Assembly (NCBI GenBank): GCA_001938485.1
Contig: MQRK01223727.1
Coordinates: 7,213 to 71,212, forward strand
Length of the DNA stretch: 64,000 bases
Direction of reading: 5' to 3'
From: Girardia tigrina
Taxonomy: Eukaryota
Shown: positions 41,133 to 53,900 of the stretch, one piece after another
Layout of the letters: each line of letters starts with the position of its first letter
Numbering within the stretch: the first letter of the stretch is position 1
The notes under the pieces: model-generated
The model's database searches: none
What the model was told of the DNA's origin: nothing
Seen by the model: the letters and a program-made list of their open reading frames with translations, nothing else
Translations under genes and position numbers: made by a program

Positions 41133-42506
41133 GGGCTAATTCGTATAATACGTAACGCGAAAAAATTGAATTTTTAGACACGCCCCTCCCTCAATTTGAA
41201 ATAATTTGAAAGGAATTATTAATAAATTGATAATATTAATGGTAATAGTAATTCAAAAAATAATAAATAAATAAATAATCAAAATAATAACAGTAAATCT
41301 AATTATAATAATAAAAAATAAAAATATAATAATGATAGTAATAATTATAAAATACAACAAATAATTTCATTTTATTCCTAAAATTCTTAATTCATTTCAA
41401 ATTATTTCATTTGATTCCTAAAATTCCTAATTAATAATAAATTATTCTATTTAATTCCTAAAATTCCTAATTAATGATAAATTATTTCATTTTATTCCTA
41501 AAAATCCTAATTCATTACAAATTATTTCATTTGTTCCTAAAATTCGTAATTAATAACAAATAATTTCAATTTATTCCTTAAATTCCTAAATCACTACAAA
41601 TTATTTCATTTATTCCTAAAATTATTATTATTATTCCTAAACTATTTATTCATTACAAATTATTTCATTTATTCCTAAAATTCCTAATTCATTTCAAATT
41701 ATTTTGTCCGCGGCGTCTTTGTTCGCGGTGTTTTTATTCGCGGCGTTTTGTCGTGGAACCATTTTAACTGTTAATTAATTATAAAAATATTAGGGACATG
41801 GTTTTTTAAAAGGTACGATTTTCTAAAAAGTGTCCCTAAAAAAGCCGACTACTGTATTAAGGTTTTTAACTTAATTTAATCCACTGTGTAAATAATTTTA
41901 ACCATCCTTTAATTAAAAATTCTTTTTTTGGGTTTGTAATATTATAAACATTTTTTTTAATAAAATCATTTACCATAAATCGTTAGGCTTTCCTGTGTTA
42001 TCTGAATAAACTCGTGATATTGATGTTTGCTATTTTGTAGAAATGAAAATCACATAAAAATTTCATAGAATTCAAGCATTTTGAAATTCTTTTCTAATAA
42101 GATATTTTATTTTTTTAAATATACGTGACACGTATTTATGCAGTATAAATGTTTAAGATGTTCAGTAGTGACATTTATATAAAATATTGAAAAGGCGAAA
42201 CAATTTTAAAGAAATAAATATGTTATATATATTAGGAGAATAAATTTCAAAAGATTTTCATATAACTTTAAATTAGAAGACTTTATATATTTGGTATAAA
42301 AATATTTGATATTCCAGTGACAGAAAATCTTTAAATATTGTTATCCTATGTATGACATTTATCTAAAAATCTTCTGATTGGAATGAAAATGAACTTATAG
42401 TTGTGTAAAAAATTCTCGCCCCTCCCTCCCATCCCCGTAACAAAATGTAACAAAATCTTTGATCCCTCTCCCCTGTTTTTAAGTTGCATAATATGCGAAA
42501 AAGCCC
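41133..42506. mobile_element. Non-autonomous TIR element with TAA TSD (PIF/Harbinger-like), containing nested repeats
   Basis: Imperfect TIR GGGCTAATTCGTATAATACGTAAC / GTTGCATAATATGCGAAAAAGCCC, with TAA on both sides. Related GGG..CCCCTCC-type ends occur at ~930-1006 and 51516-51999. Confidence 0.55.
41358..41705. repeat. ~39-40-bp minisatellite
   Basis: About 8-9 copies of AAATTATTTCATTT(T)ATTCCTAAAATTCCTAATT.., followed by a MULE-like end (..CGCGGCGTTTTGTCGTGGAACC) at 41706-41760. Confidence 0.8.
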
Positions 42507-42899
42507 TAATGATAACAATTTTCCAAAATTTTCTATTCTTTTACGAACAAAAAAATATCATTTTTATTAATAGTTATAATTGTTTTGTCCGCGGCGATTT
42601 GTCCTGGAAGTGATTTGGTGTAACGATACAATGCAGCGGAAAATCTGTATTATTAATAATCTGTATAACATGATCGTTTCAATGTAATAAAAATTTTATT
42701 CAGTCTTTAATGCTTCTCTAAATTTCACAATTCCATTCTCGAGAATGAAATTGATCACATTTAGTATATTTTTGCGTAATTTTTAACTTTTTCAATCCAA
42801 TGATTTATTGGTAAATGTTTTTTAATTAATTTATGCTTCCGTATAGTGTATTAGTTGAGTACATGGTGTGTTTTGACCTGATATATACTCCTTGTACTT

Positions 42900-43772
42900 A
42901 TTTGAGTGTACAAGCTAATTTAGTTTATCAATTTAAATGTCACAAGTGTAAATCCGTGTACATTGTGTAAAAGAGTTAATTGAAAAAATTAAAGTTCAAT
43001 TAGCTCTTTTAACGTGAATAAATAAAAATATAAACAAAAATAAATTTTAAATTAACGGTAAATACAATTAACAAATAGAAATTCTTTTGATATGGTGACG
43101 AAAAGAGTTTCTACGAACGATTCGACGGACAATAATTTGCTGGAAAGTTTCAGGTATGATAATGGGAATAAATGTCTTCTATAAAACTTTCGATCGGATA
43201 CACATAATTCCAAAACTCTTGAATGTCAGTGTTGTATTTGATACAGTTGTGATTATTAATTTGTTTAAGTATTCTAAAAAGATTGTAAATATTAAATAAA
43301 TTCTACTTGTTGATATTATGAATCCTGAAGTGAAACCTGGAGATTTAACTGATACTGTCTAGGATTTTTGATTATTTGTCGTATCTATATTCCTGTGGAT
43401 TTAACATTGGCATTGATATTTTTTTTAAAAAAATCAATTTTATATTTATATTAATATTTTTAATATTTATATGTACATATAAAAATATATTTAATTTTAT
43501 ATATATAAATATATAAAATACGTATGTGTGACAGTAGGTCACTACATATTGGAGAAACACATCGTCATTTCCATACTAGAATAGCAGAACACACTCAAAT
43601 GAGTAGAAACAACTCCATTCTCGATCATATATATATAGTTTTCGTGATCATGAAAAAAATAAATTATGAAAAAGAATTCAAAGTATTAAGTAAAAATTTT
43701 GACACAAATTTCGAGCGGATAATCACTGAAGCATTATTTATTAAGCAATTAAAACCATGCTTAAATATATAA
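42900..43772 (+). mobile_element. Penelope-like GIY-YIG endonuclease remnant, split by an insertion
   Basis: Rejoined frame NLVYQFKCHKCKSVYI|GETHRHFHTRIAEH..RIITEALFIKQLKPCLN. Confidence 0.85.
42966..43546. mobile_element. TG..CA element with 5-bp TSD; same termini as 33222-34688
   Basis: TGTAAAA..CAGTAGGTCACTACA; TSD CATTG/TATTG (42961-65, 43547-51). Excision restores YIGET. Confidence 0.8.
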
Positions 43773-44762
43773 AGTGATTTATCTAAACACATTTAAGTTT
43801 TTAAAAATATGGAAATTATTTATAAACGCAATCCTAACGGTGTTGAAGATTTATTACTGAACTTACCTTCGATTTTTGGGTACAGGCTTATTTTTAAATT
43901 TATTGTATTATGTACTGCTTTTAAAATAGAATTTTTAAATGTTTGAAACCTTCTGAATAAGGTACTATTAAAATATATCCAAGATCTAAACTATTTAAAC
44001 TAGTTTAGATCTTGAATATATATTTTTCTCAAATCTCTCAAGAAGCCATAGTACCTTCTCCATAATTTGTATCCTAATCGCCGAACATGCTAACTTTACC
44101 AACTGTGCAATCGGATAAATGCCTGACAATTGCTCGCACAGCGAATTTAACTCTCACCGAGACATAGATTCCGATAATTTTTTTATTCTGATTTGATTTT
44201 CACGTTTCCAGGTGACCTCCCCTAAACATTTTTTGCTTGTAAACCACGAACCCTCACACTATTGATGTAGTCCACTTGGTTCGGGTGGTTTTCATTCTAG
44301 CCCAAATTTACCGAACAGCTGTCGCACATCTTCTGCTTTAACTTTAGATTAATTAATTAGATTAATTTAATTATATTAAAGATTTCTAATACCTAACAAT
44401 AGTACACGAATAAAATAATAGAACAAAGAAAAGTGTTGATTTTAATATATAATATATTATTAGATTTTATATAAATTTGAATACACTAAATTTAAGATAT
44501 AATTAATAAGGTTATTATACAATTTCAAATGACTTAATTTTCGAATATAATAAATTAATATTTCAAATAATATATGTTGAAAAAATTGTCAGAATTTCAG
44601 ATACATACACATATCTTTTATTTTTATTTAAATAATGTTATCAGTTCTTTTGTCAATTTGAAAAAAAGTACTTTAATAATAATTTATAATTGAAAAGCAA
44701 ATATGAAACTTAATAATAATAATTGAAATATCGATTCAGTATTTGAAAATCTCATCGATAAA

Positions 44763-45209
44763 ATGCAGCAGCAAATCCAACCCAAACCGTCGCTGCAATC
44801 TAACAAAGTTAAAAAAATGTCTCGAGGTTACTCGAGACTCTATAAACAACGCGTTTCAGCAGTGGAGAACACGTTGCCCAAATTGACATTTAAATTACAT
44901 TATTCGAGAATACAAAACGATATTGTGCAACATTTAGACTCATTAATCGATGATTTGACTTTTGACTCCGATGGTGAAACACTTACTACAATTACAAATC
45001 AATTGTTGAGTGTCTTGAAAAAAAGCGTTGATTTTTTCCCGAGATTCAAGTTCGTTATCTTTACGGTGTTGACGCAAAGTACGGGAACATTGCAGATCTC
45101 GAGCGAATGTCTGTGGAATATCGAACAAGGAGACCACTGTATTCGGATGACCAAATCCAATAAAGAGGTTAATATAACTGTTGTTATATTCGGACTGTGC
45201 AAAGATTGA
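44763..45209 (+). CDS. Tctex-1 domain dynein light chain (TCTEX1D/DYNLT family), divergent
   Basis: Intact 148-aa single-exon ORF with the Tctex-1 C-terminal signature PRFKFVIFTVLTQ..G.LQISSECLWN..GD..SN..ITVVIFGL. Confidence 0.85.
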   Translation: MQQQIQPKPSLQSNKVKKMSRGYSRLYKQRVSAVENTLPKLTFKLHYSRIQNDIVQHLDSLIDDLTFDSDGETLTTITNQLLSVLKKSVDFFPRFKFVIFTVLTQSTGTLQISSECLWNIEQGDHCIRMTKSNKEVNITVVIFGLCKD

Positions 45210-45638
45210 TATTCAAAAAGAATTTGCTTTTGAATAGAAAGAATATTATTTATTTGAAATTAAACGAAAGAATTAAAGAATAAATCGATAATTGACAGGT
45301 ATAGTGATTGTCATTTGGAAAACAGTTTGTTTTCTTGATCATTTCATACTTTACAAAGTATTTGAGACAGGAATATTCCGAATTGTGTATGGATGTGGTG
45401 TGTTTATTTGAGTGTGCTGAAATTGGAATTGTGATTCTCCAACAACTCGTTGGAAAATTGGTGCTTTATTTTATTTGCGATAACTGGTGATTCGAACAGA
45501 GATCACATTTTTAAATTAATGGAAATTAAATAATCTGATAAAATTTAAATTTAACTAGAAAATTAAAAAACAAATTTTTATATCCATGCTTTGTGCAGGC
45601 TAAACTCTGCTTAACCAACTGAATTTTTGGATCATGTT

Positions 45639-45826
45639 AAAAGTATGCCCCTAAAATTACACAACTAAAAAGTACGCACCTAAAATTACACAACTAAAAA
45701 GTACGCACCTAAAATTACACAACTAAAAAGTACGCCCCTAAAATTACACAACTAAAAAGTATGACCCTAAAATTTCACAACTAAAAAGTATGTTCCTGAA
45801 ATAACACAACGAAAAAATATGCCCCG
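45639..45826. repeat. 29-bp tandem repeat, left Merlin end
   Basis: About 6.5 units of CTAAAATTACACAACTAAAAAGTA(C/T)GC(A/C)C, period 29. Confidence 0.9.
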
Positions 45827-46839
45827 TGTAATAAATACAATAAAAACACAATACAAAATTATGAAATTTATTCATCATTAAAGTAATTTTTCAATAAATT
45901 CATCAATTTTTCAAAAGAATCTCCAGAAATGTTGTCTCGCCACATAAACTCATTAAGGTAATCCTGCAAAAATTCTTTTATGACTCCTCTCATTTTCTTG
46001 CACCGTGTTTTGTTTTTATTCCAATAAGATTCAACATTTTGTGTGTGACTCCTGGTTCTAGGATCTACAAAATTAATCGAATGATTAACTGTATCATGAT
46101 CATATCCTAGAGCATTTAAATTGGAATATGCTTTCCATTCACCACTGTGAATAATTGTACCCGGCAATATTACTTCACAGATAATGGGTCTCGAAATAGC
46201 CGCATATCTGTTTGGAACCACTCGCATTATACCTCTTGCCAGAGTAAAAGATGTATCTACGATACCAAATACCAATACCTGATGGTTAGCAACTCAGCCA
46301 CGATGATACCTTTGTTTGTGGCAAAAAAGATTTTCATCGATTTGACAGATTACATTTTCGCTGCCCAATCTTACAGGATTAGCTTCAAAATATTCAAAAA
46401 TGCATTTTCTAATGGTTTTGAATATTTTAATAAGGGTGGGCGTTGATACAGTCAAAGACCGTTGAATCGCCATAATTGATCCTTCATTACTCCATCTGTT
46501 GAGCAAATTTATCCATGTTTGAAGACTGATTCTGAAAATGCCCAAAAAAGAATTAGTTCTAATTGACAAAGTTGTTTTGTAATTTGAACACCTCTTATTT
46601 TGGCAGTTCCAGACATATTGATCTATAACACTTTGCTTAGCTGTCCAGATCATTACCTCGCCGCAACTGCCACACTTCATTGATGATTTCAAAATCCCCT
46701 TTGTTTTAAAAAATGCTATCGTGTCTTGTAAATCAGCATTCTATAGTCTTCTTATGATTGTTTCATACGTACTAGGTGACATGATCCAAAAAATATTTAT
46801 GAACATTAAAATAAATAAGATGTATTTATAATGAGATAT

Positions 46840-46967
46840 AATTACACAACTAAAAAGTATGACCCTAAAATTTCACAACTAAAAAGTATGCCCCTAAAAT
46901 TACACAACTAAAAAGTACGCCCCTAAAATTACACAACTAAAAAATACGCCCCTAAAATTACACAACT
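46840..46967. repeat. 29-bp tandem repeat, right Merlin end, same orientation as the left
   Basis: About 4.5 units of the same 29-mer. Confidence 0.9.
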
Positions 46968-47121
46968 TTCCATATTGAGATTTATCTGCGTGCCTAGTAT
47001 GAATGCTAAAATGGATGTTTATATGTGTGCTTGTGAAGTGACTTATTTTAGAGAAAATAGATGCGTTAAAGAGAGAAAAGGATTGTTTAAGTGAATCAAT
47101 TTAATTGTAAAGTATGTACGT

Positions 47122-47502
47122 CAGAGGTTTTCAACCTTTTTTCCGAATGACACACTCGACACAATACATGAAATTTTGTGACACATCTGTTATCAAGCGA
47201 AGTTATTATGTAACTTTGAGGTTTTCAAAGTAGTAATTCTAGACTCTAATCACTAGAGTCCATGTTGATGTTTTGACCTGTTTTATCGAGGATGGTTAAC
47301 CGCAATCGCATTGATTTTATTTGATAACAGTATACAGTCTACAGTGTAGACTCTACACTACAAAGTTGAATCTTGAAAATTATTATATAAAATTTAAGAG
47401 TATTGCATATTATCAAGAAAATCATCGCGACACACCTGCGACACACCAATTTATCGCGACACACTGCCGATCCAATCGCGACACACCGGTTGAGAAACAC
47501 TG
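47122..47502. mobile_element. hAT Charlie/Buster-type MITE
   Basis: Ends CAGAGGTTTTCAACC / GGTTGAGAAACACTG; 8-bp TSD ATGTACGT/GTGTACGT with central TA; CGACACA subterminal repeats. Confidence 0.85.
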
Positions 47503-48949
47503 GTGTACGTGACTTATATTTTTGATTTTGTTTTAACAAATTAATTATATGTTTGCAGAATTTTATTGTTTTTGAACGAAGATATGAAATATTTTTGAGT
47601 GTTTCCTTCGAATTAAATGAGATTATAAAGCAAAAATAAGTGAAAATATAAACGTTAGTGTATCTAAAACCATTATAAATTTGACCACTGGCAAATAAGT
47701 ATCGAAAATTTTGTCGGGTAAAAAGCGGGCTTATACGACCACCGTGGCCTAATTACTAAGCTGGAGTATTCGACCGCCATGGCAATCAACCTGTAAAACG
47801 CGGTTAAATCTCCCATTGCAATTAAATTACTTCATCTCTGTGATTGAATCCAAGAGCACGGTTAGAGAGGGTAAGAGTAATATTTATGTAGTTAACAGGT
47901 CATCCATACATGGAGAGAAGATATACAGCGCTAGGTTACTTGCCTAATGACACACTAAAAAGATACCTTTGGCTTGAACATAATTGAGTACACCCAAGGC
48001 CTAAATGACTAAGGTCCCAAAAAAGAGTAATATTACTGAGAACAGGAAAGCTAGAAAATATAACTTTTTATAAAGGATTTCAAAATTCTATGCAAGCATT
48101 AAAAAATATTAAAAGGTATAATTTTCAGAATTGTTAATAAGATCTACAATCCATGTTCAAATGCCATTCTCAAACTGAAAAATATTATAGTTGAGAATTT
48201 TCGATAAATTTTGTGCAATTGATTACATAATCTCCGATTTCACAAATATTAACAGTTGAAAAGCACCTAATCAATAATTATTGATTATACTCGGATTATA
48301 ATCTGAAGGTGATCGTAAAACTGTCGAAATATTTTATTATTAAATATATGGTTCGAATAACGTAGCATTACAGCTTCAAAATGTTATTGATTTATTAATT
48401 GTAACGACAATTATTTTCAATGTTCAAATATTTGCTGTTTATATTATAAGAATTTTATTTGAACGAATTTAAGCCATATCACATTGAACACTTGAGAACA
48501 AAATATTACTTGTTCACCTTTTATGAAAATGAAAGGATTGACACTGTTACTTTGCGAATGTTTAGAACAATTCAAGGAATTCACGATGTACATCATAGCC
48601 GCTACAGGCATCTCTATCTCTATCCTTATCGTATTCATGATACCCATACTCTTATAGCTAAGAGTTATGAAGAACGAATACCTCAAAGAGCTCAAAACAA
48701 GACAACTACTTCAAAGACAGTTCGATGATAGGCTTATTGAAATCGTTTTGATTTTTCATAGCACGTCAGAATTCCTGATTTGAGGTCATGTATGTTTTAA
48801 GTATAGAAAATGCTGAAAGTCAATTTTTACAATCCAATTCGAACATCTTTTACTGAACTTAAACAGAGAATTCAGCAAGCACTTTTAGCAATACTAAAAG
48901 ATAGGCTCTACTCTGTTGTGGACAGCGTTATTTCATGTATGATTATAGC

Positions 48950-49330
48950 TGAAGGTGGTAGTTTGAATCTATAGGTTGAACCCATCCATGGGCAAGTTGT
49001 GCGATCCCGCTGCGGTACCAATCCTTGTTCTTAGAAGCGAAGAACTGGTGACACCCGTTTTCGATCTCGGTCAGATTATTGAAGAAAGTGTGCCATAGAG
49101 CGGAAAAGGTGATAATCGGATGGCGCACGATCCGGACTATACGCTGGGTGTGGAAGAAGTTCAAGGGCATCGAGATTTTTGATTTTTTTCCTTTGTTTGT
49201 TTGGCGGTGTGCGGTTTTGCATTGTCCTGTTGTAGAAGAACTCGTTTTCGATTGATCAAAGCAGGGTATTTCTCGCCAAGTGCCGCATACATTCGATCAA
49301 GTTGGGCGCAGTAAAGGTCAGAATTTATTT
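48950..49330 (-). mobile_element. Mariner transposase C-terminal remnant
   Basis: RVLLQQDNAKPHTAKQTKEK..LELLPHPAYSPDRAPSDYHLFRSM..FFASKNKDWYRSGI; probably continues at ~50640-50720 beyond the MULE insertion. Confidence 0.85.
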
Positions 49331-49397
49331 ATTCAAAACCGGAAAATTTTGCCGGTGCCGAAAACCGAATGATTTATATTTAGATAGATATTGTAAC

Positions 49398-50630
49398 GGT
49401 TCCATGACAATTCGACACACGACAATTCGACACAGACAATTCGACACAAGACAATTCAACACAAATTTTTTAATTCGACATATTTGTCATTCATTTCGAC
49501 ACAAATTTTTTAATTCGACACATTGTTTTAATGGGACAAATATTTTATTTCGACATTTTTAAATTTCGATTAGTTTTTTTTAATTCAACACTTTTTTTTA
49601 ATTCGACCAATAACTAAAATGAAATATTTTCATTATTACTACACATTTTTTGAAACTCGACATTTTCAATAACTATATTTTTGGTTAGACTAATGAGTTT
49701 TTCTGTATTTAATATGTAAAAAATATCAATTTAATATGAAAAAAAATCAATTTTTATGAAAAAATATGTATTTACTATGAAAAATGTTTTTAATATAAAA
49801 ATATGTATTTCATATATAAATATATCATTTTAATATGATAAAAATCAATTCTCACATATTTCTTATCAACTTATATTGAGGGTGCTCTTGGTAGAGCTCC
49901 TCAGTTTCCAATAAAATACTGGAACCATTTCGATTCAGCTGGTGAGCAGACACCAAAAACTACAAATTGTTGTGAAGGTTTCCACAATGCTCTTAATGCC
50001 ATATTTCAATGCAGCCACTCCAGTGTTTGGACCTTGCTTGATGGACTTGGAAGAGATATAGCTTGTCACAGACTGACTTTGGCAAATGCTCTGTCAGGTC
50101 GCCTTGTGGTTGTAAAGAAAAAATATGTATCATTGAGTGAGGCTATTGCAATGGCTGTGCAGCAAGAATACAATTTGAATGCATCGAATGATGAAAAACT
50201 GAAATAGTTGCGTTGGCTAGCTGATTTGCAATGAATAAAATGTTAAAAATTAACTTTTACTGTGTCGAATTAAAAAATTTGTTTCATAAAAATTGATTTT
50301 TTTCATATTAAATTGATATTTTTTAATATATAATTGATTTTTTATATAAAATTGAAATCTATGTTCAAAATAATGTGGCAGGCTGAATTGTAAACGAATG
50401 CATTTTTAAAACATTAGTTCATATTAAATTGATATTTTTTCATTGATATAACTCATTAGTCTAACCAAAAATATAGTTATTGAAAATGTCGAGTTTCAAA
50501 AAATGTGTAGTAATAATGAAAATATTTCATTTTAGTTATTGGTCGAATTAAAAAAAACTAATCGAAATTTAAAAATGTCGAAATAAAATATTTGTCCCAT
50601 TAAAAAAATGTGTCGAATTGTCTGGTTACC
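49398..50630 (+). mobile_element. Mutator-like (MULE) deletion derivative
   Basis: GG..CC termini, long inverted arms with AATTCGACA repeats, TSD ATTGTAAC (49390-97, 50631-38). Internal fragment PQFPIKYWNHF..PKTTNCCEGFHNALN..HSSVWTLL. Confidence 0.88.
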
Positions 50631-50981
50631 ATTGTAACAGTCTTTCTGATCAATATTACCACATATTCGTTATGCGTCCCAACTTTCGGAACCGAATAGA
50701 GACGCAAAGCGGGGCCTTGGTGTAATTGTTGTCATGACAATTCTACTTGATAAATGTTCGAAAAATCATATTGGTGTTGTTATATTGTGATGAAGATGAT
50801 GCAAATTGTGACTGTAACAAATCTGCGATCAATAACAAACAGAATAGAGATAAAATCAACAAGTAAAGACACATAAATAATTTATTGATTAATGTACACA
50901 ATATAAAACAGGGTTCTCTCTCTATCCATCTACCGCAATCTCTGCAAGCCAGTGACTGTCACCGGTGTGCCGACCGCGCTC

Positions 50982-53900
50982 TCATTCGTCGATCTGTGGA
51001 GCCCAGAATGTGAGGTTGGTCACGGCCGATGCGATCATGGCGAATTTGGGATTGAACGCGATGCAGTTGATTGGCTGGGAGGCGCTGTTGGGCGTGTGGT
51101 CGATGCCCGGGATCAGGGCCACCTTGTTCTTGTTCTCGGTGTTCCACACGCACAGCTGGCCGTCTGGAGAGCCGCACACGAGGTACTGGCTGTCGGGACT
51201 GAAGCACACGTCGATCGGGTGTCGCTGAGGGTTCGCGCCCATAATCTACCAATCGATCAATCAATCACCAGCCGGTCATAATGACTCTTTGAGTCGATAC
51301 AAATTATCGATGCCAAACTACACCGGGTAACCGAAAGGCAAGTGCAGTAGCACTAGAAACGATCAGGACTTGAAAATATTAACAATTTAGATATGGTTTT
51401 GTTCATTTGTATCGTCATTTCCAAATTCGTGAATCGATTTTGGTGACCGCAGATTTCCCCCAGAAGAAAAATCCCGGTAACCGAAAATCCAATTTTTCAA
51501 AGGCTCGCATTGTGTGGGATCATCCATTTATTACGTACGCAAAAAAATTAATATTTTAACCTCCATTGCACCCAGTACATTTTGAACTACCATAAGCACA
51601 CACAAATTGAGTCTCGATCCACCAGTTTTATACAATGTTCTCAATTTCTTCCAGCAAACACTGTATCATAACAAGTGCTGGCTGTGTGCATTGTATGCCA
51701 TATCCCCTGTATTATTAGAGTACAGCGAAAAGGAACAGAACAACAACAATATGCGCTAGGGAATCTTACAATTCTAACTCTATATTTTTACACCGACATT
51801 TAATTCTTTATTAGATTTCATATTCCACCTGTGTTGATAGAATGATGTGTGTTCACAGAGCAGAACAATAAAAAGATGTTTTTAAGGAAGCCATTTGATA
51901 CTTACCCACCCCCATTATCATACGCACCCATACGCAAAATCTTTTAAATCTAAACACCCCCCTCCCCCTTCAGTGCGTACATAATATACGGATGGTCCCT
52001 CTCGACATTTACTGAACCGAATCTTTTACAGTGTGTAATTAGAACTAGTACATCAAAACAAAATTTTCATGTCCATTCTTTATACTGGCAGAGCTCTACT
52101 TGGGCGAGAGAAAGTAGAAGATGACAACTAACAGCACACCAAAAGCTAATCTTTGAGATGAAACTTCTCACACTCAATACAATCAACTCAATTTCAGCCT
52201 TCCATCAAATCCAAAACAATGTGTATATTCAGACGCAAAAATCAATTATTTTTTGAACAACTTGGAAAGAACGAAGAAATTCAAAACAAAATGTATTTTG
52301 TCTTGTGTAATTGTTTTGCATTGGCCAGATGTGTTATTATACTGAGTGTCACCAGTGTCAAACCTGGTACAGTTGAGAGAAAAAAAGGAGCTGACCAGGC
52401 ACCTCTAGCGGGATCATAAATTGGAGAACCGACAATGACACCAGCGCAAACCAGTACAACAAATAAAACAGAAGAAAGAGTCGTAGAAAACTACAATATT
52501 TCAGGCAACCAGATTCAATCCGTGACGGACCCCCCGACTATCTCGACGGCGGTGGAAGAAGCGATAGGTACTGAAGAAACACATCTGACTTTTAGGATTG
52601 CAGATCTAACTGNNNNNNNNNNNNNNNNNNNNNNNNNNNNNNNNNNNNNNNNNNNNNNNNNNNNNNNNNNNNNNNNNNNNNNNNNNNNNNNNNNNNNNNN
52701 NNNNNNNNNNNNNNNNNNNNNNNNNNNNNNNNNNNNNNNNNNNNNNNNNNNNNNNNNNNNNNNNNNNNNNNNNNNNNNNNNNNNNNNNNNNNNNNNNNNN
52801 NNNNNNNNNNNNNNNNNNNNNNNNNNNNNNNNNNNNNNNNNNNNNNNNNNNNNNNNNNNNNNNNNNNNNNNNNNNNNNNNNNNNNNNNNNNNNNNNNNNN
52901 NNNNNNNNNNNNNNNNNNNNNNNNNNNNNNNNNNNNNNNNNNNNNNNNNNNNNNNNNNNNNNNNNNNNNNNNNNNNNNNNNNNNNNNNNNNNNNNNNNNN
53001 NNNNNNNNNNNNNNNNNNNNNNNNNNNNNNNNNNNNNNNNNNNNNNNNNNNNNNNNNNNNNNNNNNNNNNNNNNNNNNNNNNNNNNNNNNNNNNNNNNNN
53101 NNNNNNNNNNNNNNNNNNNNNNNNNNNNNNNNNNNNNNNNNNNNNNNNNNNNNNNNNNNNNNNNNNNNNNNNNNNNATTTATTGGATAAATTAAATTTAT
53201 TTTCGGCAAGCTACCATATAGTGTACTTGCGTAGTGTATTTTGTGACCTGATGATGGGATTATTATTATCTCGAAACGCGTCGTCTTATTTTTATTCCTA
53301 TTATATAGATTTTACTGTACAATGTGAATATACATCGATATTATTATTTATATTTAGAATTTCAAAATCTGGTTTATGTAACTGAAATATTGATCCTCAT
53401 AAATTTGTTTGAGTGATGAACAATGACTCTGGATTTTAATCACGAACCCGATATACACAAATACATTGTGAAATAAACTGTCCTCGTCCTTTTCAGCGGC
53501 ACACAAAAAACGTTTTTTGTTTCGAATGTTGAAATTCAGTAAAGTTATGTGTGAAATCAATTTGGAAATATCGATAAACAGTGAACGAAACAAACAGCAG
53601 ATAAATCGTCGATATTATTACGTGTCTCTATGGCGATATTGTCGCTATATGGCGATATTGACAGCAAAAAATTAGGAAAAAATAAAAATTAATTACAAAA
53701 AATTATTGAAAAATTTATAAAATTATGAAAAAATACTTAAAAATCAAAAAATTATTACAAAAATTTTTTACTGAAAATATTTTGAAAATTGTTTAAAAAA
53801 ATATTAAAAAATATCAAAAAGTAAAAGATTCAAAATGAAGAAAAATGAAGAATTATAATAATAATCAAAGATTCAATTTTTTACTTTTTAAAAATCAAAT

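Larger units (their letters stand above)
45629..46970 (-). mobile_element. Merlin/IS1595 (ISXO2-like) transposon, inactive
   Basis: Zinc ribbon CGSC..WNCQNKRC, ICQIDEN..KQRYHRG, VFGIVD, IIHSGEWKAY, VNHSINFVDP..HTQNVESYW. In-frame stops at ~46743 and 46294; the second catalytic Asp appears as Gly. Confidence 0.9.

Noticed and set aside
44040-44125. tRNA gene or tRNA-derived SINE
   Set aside because: Only a weak A-box-like match on the minus strand; no B-box or cloverleaf.
45639-46967. 29-bp repeats as a CRISPR array
   Set aside because: Units are head-to-tail with no unique spacers, there are no cas genes, the context is eukaryotic, and they flank a Merlin transposase.
48459-48728. 89-aa ORF as a gene
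   Set aside because: TTG start, no recognisable domain, and no splice partner found.
50952-51281. Multiple overlapping ORFs over the GC-rich WDR82 exons (also 55405-55959)
   Set aside because: Shadow frames left open by high GC3; the WDR82 frame explains the region.
52435-53385. 316-aa and 205-aa ORFs
   Set aside because: Artefacts of reading through a ~560-N gap.
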